From positions 1 through 24,670 of the forward strand of contig NIVC01005151.1 in assembly GCA_002269645.1 (NCBI GenBank): a DNA stretch of 24,670 bases, written 5' to 3'. Below the pieces are notes generated by a model. The model was not told the DNA's origin, did not search any database, and saw nothing but the letters and a program-made list of their open reading frames with translations. This document shows, piece by piece, positions 8,800-18,515 of the stretch. The DNA is from Macrostomum lignano (Eukaryota). The position numbers and the translations under genes are program-made. Within the stretch, counting starts at the first letter, position 1; each line of letters starts with the position of its first letter.

Positions 8800-10300
8800 G
8801 TCAGGATGTAGCGGTTGCCGCTCTTGCTCTTCTGCGCGATTGGTCCTACTACATCACAGTGGATTCTACCCAGAACTTCGCAAACTGGGAAGCTCTGGAC
8901 CGGAACTCTCTCTCGCCGTCGCGATTTACTTTCAAGGCAAGTGCGGCACTTACTGATGAAGGTCTTGGTAGCACGGGCTAATCCGGGTCTCCAGAACCGT
9001 TCTCGTAGCCGCAGTAACGTCTTCGTCTCGCCGAGGTGTCCACACAGTGGCGAACTGTGGAGCTCCTGGAGCACCTGGGCGTCAAGGGCCTCAGGCAGAA
9101 CAACCTTTGGCGGCTGCTGGCCATCAGTCAGATCAATCAGCAGCAGGCCGTTGTCCTCCTGCAGGTTCTCGTAGTATCCGAGCAGATTCCGCTGCTCCTT
9201 AGTCAGTCGCAACCGGGCGTCGAACTCAGGCTTCGGGGCTTCGTTCTCGACCAGGTTGAGCACGTAGCTGATGGCTCGGTCAGCGCGTTGGGCGTCAACG
9301 AACTGTTGGCGAGTCATCGGCAGCTTCAGAAAATCAGTGAGCACAGCGCGGCATGGCTGAGGGGTCATGACTCCCGCAGTCTCCGCTTTAATGGCTCCAG
9401 GTCGATCACACGGCACCGTCTTGTCGGCGTCAGGATTAGGTCGCTCCGAGGGACTTTGTCTCACAACGTCGGCGTACGTCCGTTGATCTAGAATCGAAGT
9501 TCTCTTCATCGCTCTCATGACAGAAAAATCCGCAGATGGAGCAGCGCGCATGCCTCCACTGCATAGCCCAGGCGACTCTTGGCTGTAGGGCGGGACGCAA
9601 CACGTGAAGCACGCCTCGTCGCTGGCAGCTGTAGCCGTCGGCTCAATCGTAGTCAAAATTGGGTGAGTCTTCTCCTGCACTGGGCGGTGTCGCAAAGGGG
9701 GACTCGACTTTCCGCACAGGCGATGAGCAGCTGTCTGTCGGCCCGGGGGACAGAGCTTCGACCTTGCAGCTGGCGCGAGATTCTGGCCTCTGTCAACACG
9801 GCGAGAAATCTCAGCGAAAGGCTCGGCGGGGTTGTAGTTAAATTGCTTGCCTGGAGTTGCGTTGCGGGCCGTCATCAGAAGGGCTGCTGGTGCGGTGGCC
9901 TTTGAATCTTGGTCCGTGGGCGTCTCCAGAGTCCGAGACCTGTAGTCTTGGGCGTCGTCAAGGAGGTCTGTGTCCACAGTGGCCTCAAGGTCTTCGTCCA
10001 GGTTGGTCTCCAAGTAGCGGCAGTCGGCGTGGGCATCGTTGCAGAGGGCTGTTGTCACAGTGGCCTCTGAGTTGTCGTCCAGGCCGAACTCCAGGCGTTG
10101 ACTGCATCGGTGGGCGTCGTGCTGGAAGGCTGCTGGCGCGGTGGCTTCCAGGTCTTCGTCCAGGTCAGTCTCGGCCTCCAAGGAGCGAGAGTGGACAGTC
10201 TTCGGGAGGGCTGCTCTGGCAGTGGCCTCGGGTGTCGCGTCCAAGTCCGTTTCCAGGAAACGTCGGCGCTCAGTCTTGGGCTGTCGCCGGCACCGGGTTG
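8800..10300 (-). CDS. pol: Pol: long RH-IN linker with acidic repeats plus integrase HHCC zinc-binding domain and first catalytic Asp
   Basis: LHSSPLCGHLG...CRTC (HHCC); IHCDVVGP. Confidence 0.85.
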
Positions 10301-11116
10301 GGCTGCAGAACCGGGTGGTTCAAGGAGTCGGCCATGCTCGAAGGTGATCGGTGGTGTCTCCGGTCTTCTTGACAGGGCGTCGGCGTTGACGTGGTCCTTG
10401 CCTTTGCGGTGGTTGAGCTGGAAGCGGAACTCGCTTAGGCGTTCGATCCAGCGGCCTAAAATACCTGTGGCCTGAGTTTGGTTCAGTAACCACAGTAAGG
10501 CCCGATGATCGGATCGAACTTCAAACTTCTTGCCGATTAAGTAATGACGGAAATGTCGCATAGCGTCCACAATTGCAAGCAGCTCTTTCTTCGTGACCGT
10601 GTAGCGCTTCTCAGGATCGCGAAGTTTACGGCTAAAGAATGCAATTGGACGTTCGACGCCGTCGGATTGCAGTTGTCCAAGGCAAGCGCCTATTCGAATA
10701 TCAGAGGCATCCGTGTCGAGGACAAACTTCACAGCAGGATCAGAATTAAATTCAGGCAGAGCGAGAACTTCAGTAGAACACAATTTCTTCTTCAAAGTGT
10801 CGAACGCTACCTGATGCTCGGGAGTCCAATGCTGCCGCAGGCTGCCAATGTCCTTTCGCGTCAGGGCATGCAGCGGCGCAGCCACTCCAGCGTAGCCGTC
10901 GACAAACTTGTGGTAGTAATTGGCGAGGCCTAGGAATTGTCTCAGTTGAGTAACGGACTGTGGCACGGGCCAATCACGGATCTGCGCAATCTTGTCCTCA
11001 CAGGTCTTCAGGCCGTCGGGAGTCACGACGTGACCTAAATAATGCAGCTCCTTGAGGAACAAATGACACTTCTTCGGTTTCACTTTGAGGTTGGCTGCGA
11101 TGATGCGCTGGAGCAC
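10300..11116 (-). CDS. pol: Pol: RT C-terminal part, connection and RNase H
   Basis: KPKKC...YLGHVV, FLGLANYY, LDTDAS, RPIAFFSRKL, KELLAIV, SDHRAL, NADALSR. Confidence 0.93.
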
Positions 11117-11142
11117 AGTCGCAGATTATCCAGCTGTTCCTC

Positions 11143-12755
11143 AAAGTCACTGAGTGCACCACGATGTCGTCCATGTAGCCAAGCGCAGTCTTTGGCGTCA
11201 GGCCGTCCAGGAGCTTATTGATGCAACGCTGAAAGCTGCCAGGACTGTCGTGGAGACCCATCGGTAGAACGTTGAAACAGAATTGGCCGCGGTCGATTAC
11301 TGAGAATGCCGTCAAGTGCTGGTCGCAGTCGCGCAGCGGGATCTGCCAGAATCCTTGAGCAAGGTCCAAGCTAGAATACCACTGAGCACCACGAAGCTTC
11401 GCGAAGGTTTCCTGGATGTGCGGGAGCGGATACGGGTGATACACACACCTGTCGTTGAGAGCTCTGAAGTCGTGGACTAGTCGGATGTTGCCGTCCTTCT
11501 TGGGCACGATGAGCATTGGCGAGTTGTAGCTCGAGTAGGCAGGGCGAATGATATGCTTCGCCAGCATCTCGTCTAGCAGGGCGTCGAGCTTGTCCTTCAG
11601 ATGAGGCGGGATTCGGCGCGGTGGTAGCGCGACTGGTGTCCGGTCCTTCAAGATGATCTCGTGGGTCACCAGGTGAGTCAGGCCGGCGTCTAGCGAGTGC
11701 TTGGAGAAGGCCGCTTGACATTCGACTAGTAGATCTCGCACTCTTCGATGTTGTTCTTTGGACAATTCGCTGTTGATCTCGACTTCATCTAGCCATGCTG
11801 TGCTGGATTCTTCAGAGTTCTTCGGGAGGTGTCGCACTTCAGGTTCGGGCGTCTCGCTCAGGTACATCAGGTCGGCAGTTCGGAGTGGCGTCGCAACACC
11901 CACACGGATACCGGCTTGCAGGAACACCTCGCTGTCGGCGGTGTTGACGACCTCAATGTAGCCGCGACCTTCAGGCATCGTCATCAGAGCAGGCGCTGCT
12001 TCCAGAGCGTTGCAGCTGGGATGCAGCCTCGACTTAACCAGCTCGACAATTGATGGCGATCCTCGATTCTCAGGGTGGCCGTCATCCAGTCTGACGGCAA
12101 GCAGCGCTGAACTTCTAGGCGGCAGGGTGCACTTCTCAGAGGTGTACACTCGGCAGTTCTGAAGCTCACGCCGCGAATAACGAACAGGGATGCACGTGCC
12201 ATTGTTGAACGTTAGCATTCCTTGAGCGAAGTCCAAGTTCTGGCAGTGCTCTCGCATAAACGATACGCCAAGCAAATTTTCACAATCGGAGACCGTAACG
12301 AGGAATTCGGTGTCCGCGACGACATCACCGAACTCCACCGGGATGGTCACCTTACAAGCAAGCGGGAGCTGCGTCCCGTCATACATAGTTACGCAATCGG
12401 GAATAGCATGCGATATAATACAACGAGGCATCCGGCGTCTAATAGCGGCCCAGGTTGACGAACCGAGGAAGTTTTTCCGGCTGCCGCTGTCTAGCAAGAA
12501 AGGGACCTCTCGACTCGCCACTCGACCTGTGACGTACGGATCGGCCTCACGCGCATGGATTTTTTGATTCGGGGAGGTGTCCACGAAACCTCCGCACTCA
12601 GCGTCGCTTACTGACGAGCGACTGTCGGACTGGGCATTGGCGCCTGCGCAGCCGACATCCTCTTCTTCTCGCGACCGTTCTGAATCTGCCAAGTAGCCTG
12701 GGCTTGGACCTCGCGGAGGGCGGTGCCGTTGTCGCTCTCCGCCTGGCCGTTTCCC
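11143..12755 (-). CDS. pol: Pol: aspartic protease and RT N-terminal part
   Basis: FLLDSGS protease motif; LDLAQGFWQI, LPMGL, YMDD RT motifs. Two one-base deficits at ~11110-11143 before the next segment. Confidence 0.93.
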
Positions 12756-13780
12756 TGGTTCTGGCGCATCGGGCACTGGGTGTTGCGATGACCGGGCTGT
12801 CCGCAGCTATAGCAGATTATAGCTCTCTTTGGCGGGCTGGCTACCTGCTGTTGGTCACGCTGCACCAGGTGATCCAGCATTCGCTGCTGCTTCTCAATCA
12901 AGTCGGTTAGAGTCAGCAAGGCTTGGGCGGTGACGTCGGGTTTCGGGTCGCCGTCCTCCTCCCCGTCCAACATCCTAACCGGGGGTTGAGCAGATCGGTG
13001 CGCCAATTCTTTGGCGCCTTCTAGTCGTCGTAGCTCTCGAATCGCAGCAAGAAGATTGTTCGGGCGAACCCAGTACAGCCGTTCGCGCAGATCTGGAGTC
13101 GTCCGGATACCAGCAAGAAATTGATCAGTAATCTCCTTCTCGCGGTCTTCAGGATGCATTCGAGGATATGCACGTTCACCCAGAGTTCTCAGGGCGTCAG
13201 CGAACTCTTCTGCTGACTCATTCTTGCCTTGTTGACGACGCCTCAACAGCTCTCTGTACTCATCAGCACCACCATGACGGGCAAATCGCTCAATCAGACG
13301 TTGCTTGACCTCCTCGTAGCTGGCGAAACGCGGAAGATTCATACCAAGCAAGGCAGGATACGCAGTAGCTAAGTCAAGACTCGCGATGAGGTGTTGTTTC
13401 ATCTCGAACGGGTCGACGATGCGCTCCATCTCGCAACGCTGCTCGAACGCGGCAAGCCAGACATGAATGTCCTGACTTGGAGTAAATTTCACAATTTTAA
13501 CTTGTTTACTCACGGGCCGCTCCATCTGCTGCTGCAGAGCTGCCATCATGGTCCTCACGTCCTGGTGCGTGATGTTCCGGCCGATGTTGTCCAGGCCTTG
13601 CAGAAGCTCGTCTGGCGGGTCGTCGGACACGTCGCTTCTGGCACCTCGCCTCGGCGTCGGCTGCTGACCAAGGTCGTTGATCGCTGCTGCTGCTGCGGCG
13701 TCCGCTGCCGCAGGCCTCGAACTGCTGATGTGCTGATCCCGCCGGCTGCTGCACCGGCTCTCGTCTCGTTCGTTGAACAT
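12608..13780 (-). CDS. gag: Gag (capsid-like domain, single CX2CX4HX4C zinc knuckle)
   Basis: First ATG after the PBS is at 13780 (MFNERDE); retrotransposon gag-like QGKNESAEEFADALR; knuckle CYSCGQPGHRNTQC. Confidence 0.9.
   Translation of the reverse strand: MFNERDESRCSSRRDQHISSSRPAAADAAAAAAINDLGQQPTPRRGARSDVSDDPPDELLQGLDNIGRNITHQDVRTMMAALQQQMERPVSKQVKIVKFTPSQDIHVWLAAFEQRCEMERIVDPFEMKQHLIASLDLATAYPALLGMNLPRFASYEEVKQRLIERFARHGGADEYRELLRRRQQGKNESAEEFADALRTLGERAYPRMHPEDREKEITDQFLAGIRTTPDLRERLYWVRPNNLLAAIRELRRLEGAKELAHRSAQPPVRMLDGEEDGDPKPDVTAQALLTLTDLIEKQQRMLDHLVQRDQQQVASPPKRAIICYSCGQPGHRNTQCPMRQNQGNGQAESDNGTALREVQAQATWQIQNGREKKRMSAAQAPMPSPTVARQ
12700..12755 (-). promoter_or_regulatory. -1 programmed ribosomal frameshift signal: G GGA AAC slippery site plus downstream stem (GGCGGAG...CCGCC/CTCCGC)
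   Basis: Heptamer at 12755-12749 is in the gag frame (Q-G-N); the -1 frame reads GKRPGGE into protease; a GC-rich stem starts 5 nt downstream. Confidence 0.8.
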
Positions 13781-13850
13781 GTTGAACTCGTAGTAGTCGC
13801 TGGCCGAAGTCGTTCTCGAAAGAGCGGTTGGCTTGGGTGTGTCGTAGTCG

Positions 13851-13871
13851 GATCTCACCGCTGCGTCACCA
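13851..13871 (-). promoter_or_regulatory. Primer binding site, imperfect match to tRNA-Leu 3' end (TGGTG-AC-GCAGCGGTG-A-GAT)
   Basis: One nt after the 5' LTR CA; complementary to ...AUCCCACCGCUGCCACCA with a 2-nt bulge and a mismatch (tRNA sequence recalled from metazoan tRNA-Leu(AAG/UAG)). Confidence 0.8.
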
Positions 13872-14437
13872 GTGAAATACAATGGTTTTCTCGGGGTGGC
13901 CTGGTAGGTCTTTGAATCCCACCGCTGCCACCAGTGAAATAGATAGCGTTTTTCTCGGGGTGGCCTGGTAGGTCTTTGAATCCCACCGCTGCCACCAGTG
14001 AAGTACAATGGGTTTTCTTCCCGGTTTAGGCCCTTGCGGATTACCTTAATCTTGAGCCTCTTCAGTGGGAAGTTCTCTCAACTCTCTCAGTAGCGTAGGT
14101 AGTGCTGCCACCAGTTCCTTCAGGTCTCGGCCTTCGATGAGGTGAGCTTCCCGTCGGAACGAAATAAACAAGTCAACGAACTCAGCACAGTGTGCAGATT
14201 TGCAGATTAATGAACAAGGCGTCCTGATCAGCAGATCCCCGCCGGGCTCAGGGGTGGCTAGGAAGGCAGTGTTAGCCTCCCTTAGGCTTGGGCTTTAGTG
14301 GGGTCTCAGTCAGACCAGTACAAACGGATTCAGTACGCAAAGGGCACTTAGTTAGACACTGACGCACACGGGTTCTTAGTGAATTCTCCGCAGATAAGAA
14401 GCCAAAATCCTTGACGGAAACAAGGGGAGAGGGGTCC

Positions 14438-14445
14438 TATTTATA
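14438..14445 (-). promoter_or_regulatory. LTR TATA box TATAAATA (copy in 3' LTR at 6377-6384)
   Basis: Canonical TATA immediately downstream of the enhancer-like repeats in U3. Confidence 0.7.
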
Positions 14446-14459
14446 GCCGGGAAACACCC

Positions 14460-14785
14460 ACGCACAAGACCTCGTGACTTGTTCTATTTTTAGAACTGAC
14501 GTCACTTGAGATCTCGAGGCAGGGTCTCAGTGCGCGCAAGACCTCGTGACTCGTTCTATTTTTAGAACTGACGTCACTTGAGGTCTCCGGCCAGAGTACA
14601 CGCGGCTGTGACTCAGTTGCTATTTTTAGCAACATGAGTCACTCCTCTCCTTAGAGAAGGGAGGGGTCCAAAAGCACGTGATTCTCCCGGTAAACAGGGC
14701 CAACGAGTGCAGTAAACATGTTTACTGCACTTTAGGACTCGAAGAACGCAGAGTCTGTCATGTGACTTGCTCACATGACAGAGGA
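14460..14785 (-). promoter_or_regulatory. U3 enhancer: 72-bp direct repeat with two CRE palindromes, paired AP-1 sites, E-box, forkhead palindrome, M-box hairpin
   Basis: TGACGTCA at 14497 and 14569; TGACTCA/TGAGTCA pair; CACGTG; 26-bp palindrome at 14706-14731; TCATGTGA/TCACATGA stem at 14754-14782. Function is inferred from motifs. Confidence 0.55.
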
Positions 14786-15142
14786 AAACGGGACGGGAAC
14801 GAAACAGAGACAGCCCACAGCAGAGAAGCTAAGGGCTGAGAACAGAGACGCCGAAGGGCAGAACAGGCCAAGGGCAGCAACAGACGGGCCAAAGGGGCGG
14901 GAAGCTGACCAGCGGCAGACAGCAACCCAGGGCGAGGGCGAGGGAGACTGCTGACAAAGTGGGACGCCTAACACCAACTAGCGGATCACTACATTACCCT
15001 AAGTATTATCATAGCGAAGATCTTGCACGTTCTTGAAAGTACTTGCGCAGCAACCCAAGAAGATAGATAAGATCTGTTAAGAATCAACAAGTCAATGCCT
15101 TCTAGGGGATCCTTGGACTGAACAGCCGTACGCAGCCTTCAG

Positions 15143-15843
<701 letters not shown>

Positions 15844-15851
15844 AGACTCAC

Positions 15852-16574
15852 CGCGTTGGTCGAAGTGGCACCAAAAGCGCGAGAGGACTTGAGAATGCGG
15901 AATACCACAGCGCCGTAAAAGAAGACCAGCAGCACGATGGGGATGTACAAGGCCACCGTCCGGTGTGCGATGCCCGCCGCGGTGTCCTGGTAAATCGGAT
16001 GGCCGCAGGCACCGAAGGCCTCCCTGGCCCGGAAGCCGGACAGCACGGCCCACATGGGGAAGGTGGCGATGCACCTGGCGGAGGTGACGAGCCACACCGC
16101 GGCGCACAGACGGAGCTGATTGGCGCGGTGCATCCAGCGCTTGTGCAGGAACACAAAGTTAGTAGCTAAAAATCTGTCGAAAGCAACAGTGGTCACGCTC
16201 AGCATGCCAACGTTAGTGCTGATGTAGTCCACCGTGATCCACAGGTCGCAGGACCATTTCGGCAGCGGCCAGCCGCCGCACAGGGTTCTCACCAGGTAGC
16301 CCGGCAGAGCCAGCATGCCGACAAGAATGTCGCTGCTCACCATCAGGCCGACGATGAACACGTGACCGGGGACGCGGTGGACGCTGCGGTCGCGAAGGAA
16401 GACGGCAAAGATGGCCGCGTTGACGAAGGTCACGTAGCCGGCAAGCAGAGAGCCGAGGGAGGCGAGCAGCAGGCGATGGGAGAGTTTGTAGGGGCTGCTG
16501 ACGGAGCAGGAGACGAATGAGGAGCGGTGATCGGTGGCGTTTGGAGTTGCTGAGGGCAGACTGTGGAGAGACAT
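15852..16574 (-). CDS. Class A GPCR exon 1 (N-terminus, TM1-TM5), muscarinic/aminergic-like
   Basis: N-glycosylation site NAT; D2.50 (SSDILVG); WPLPKWSC; TM3 CDLWITVDYISTN...FDRF resembles muscarinic CDLWLALDYVxSN...FDRY; TM5 ALYIP. Confidence 0.92.
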
Positions 16575-18515
16575 CCTTGAGCGGTGGAGGTTGAGCTGAG
16601 AAAAGTAAAACCTTTCGCACGAGGGCGTTAGAGTATTTTCGCTCTTTTTTCGTCTGATCGGGGCTTCGTATATTTGATCCGTTTTGCCTTGGTCGGCTGA
16701 TGAGGATTAAGGGCTGCTGACAGCTGATTGGCTCCTCGAGTTGGTATTGGAACTCTTTCTTCCCTGATCTTCCCTTTCAAGCTCAATCAAATGAATATTC
16801 TTGCACATGTATTCTCTCCGTTTGTCTATCTTTGCTATCTGCTTTGGTCCTTATTCTCAACATGTACATCGTTCAAGTAAAGAATTTCATTGGTTGCATA
16901 TATGGACTTCGATTGCGTATAGGCGGACAAAGACCATTAAACGTCTAAACAAAGTTACGAGTACATGTACACAGTACATCCACCAGCTCCTCATACAAAT
17001 GTCCAGTTTAGTGTTTGATTGATTGTTTACACATGCAGGTAAAGCCTGTGACTCGTTGGTGCGAAAGAAAAAAAAACATATTTTGCAAAGCTGTTTCCTG
17101 ATTCTGACCGTGTGAAAGATATTGCTATACCTGTACTGTATCTTGAAAAATTGACGTGCAAATCTATAGGAATTCAACTTTTTGTTTTACTTATACACTG
17201 CTTCATTAGAGCGCACGCATTTAACATGATACCTCATTCGGGTTAAGTTGTTCGAATCTTTACCCGAAGTCGGACGAGTATACTATTTAAGATAGCACTC
17301 AGTATGGCTGCTGCGGATTAGTAACTAATACAATATACTAGTAGTTTACATGCAAATTATTAATTTTTATTATTATTATTTTATATGATTATTTTATGAT
17401 TATTTTATATTTATTATTATTAATCTGTTTTGAGTTTCAAACCAAGACATTGTTTGTATGCAATAATTAATGTTAACCTTTGACTGCGTTGTGAATCGAT
17501 TTGTAATACAATTTTGAACAAAAAAGCTAACTTAGTCAAAATACAACGCATAAGCTGCATGGCGATTTTAATTGACTCATCGTTACAATATTAATTAATA
17601 CAAACAGTCTGTAAGCTGTAGTTTGTCGATTAAATAAGTCACTATTAATTTTAGATTTACCTGTCTGTATGCATAAATGAAGTCAATATATATATTTAAT
17701 TGTCAGGTTTTCGAATATTTAATTTTCTATATCTTATAACCTAAAAAATGCACAGGCAGAAATTCGTTAGACTGAAATATTAAATAATGTTTCTTATTTT
17801 ATTTACGAGTACTCTTTTATTACTTGCAGTCATTGTAGCTAGATATAAAAATTTTTACTGATAATTATACTATTATTAATATAATAGATTATACGTTAAT
17901 ATTATGAAAATAATAATATAATTGTTAAAATTATAATATTATCAGTATATTATCAATATCGATTTTCAGACACACTGTAGTAACTTAGTCTAAATGTTCC
18001 AACATTTTTATTGTTTAACTTTTTTGTTTTGAATAATTTATACAATTTGGTTTGTGTATTATAAACTGTCTGTAATATATTTCAAGCTGGTAACTTAGCT
18101 AAAGCCTCGCTAATCTTCATGACTACTGCTGCAACTATCTCGAAAGTTTCATCTATAAGTTTTAACTCAAATTCTCAACTTGAATTCTCATTCCTGTTAT
18201 TCATTATAACAGGCAAGCAAGAACAAGCATTTTCCAATAAATGCCGGCCAGATGTGTCACAAAAAGTGTAAGTGCACACCATAGAAATTTAAATGAATTA
18301 TGGAGGATAAGTGAAAAGAGGGGTAGAATTAATCATTTTTAGTTGCAACAAACTTTGAATCAAAATGGTTCCATTATTGAAATACGTCAGCATTTGTCCT
18401 AAATGAGTTCCTGAGCCCCTCCATCGGACTAAAAGTGCAGCTTCTGCAGTTCCCTGAGCACACGCTCCACAATGCCTCAGCTTCTCCAAACTCTCCTCTT
18501 CAGCTCAGATGAGCC

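Larger units (their letters stand above)
5812..14993 (-). mobile_element. Full-length Ty3/Gypsy LTR retrotransposon (9182 bp)
   Basis: TG...CA LTRs; 4-bp TSD TTAC (5808-5811, 14994-14997); PBS and PPT present; gag with CCHC; pol order PR-RT-RH-IN. Confidence 0.97.
13873..14993 (-). repeat. 5' LTR (1121 bp)
   Basis: See 3' LTR; begins TGTAGT and ends TTTCA on the element strand. Confidence 0.95.

Noticed and set aside
8330-13915. Many + strand ORFs overlapping gag/pol
   Set aside because: Antisense shadows of GC-rich coding sequence with no recognisable motifs.
13781-14008. Gag N-terminal extension starting at TTG inside the LTR
   Set aside because: No ATG; the frame merely runs through the PBS array. 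The first ATG is at 13780.
16695-16735. Hammerhead ribozyme cores (CTGATGA here and at ~20699, ~20845)
   Set aside because: No stem II and GAAA in the required arrangement.
17300-18100. AT-rich low-complexity tract as a satellite or Helitron
   Set aside because: No stable period, terminal hairpin/CTRR end or TIR found; treated as intergenic or promoter spacer.
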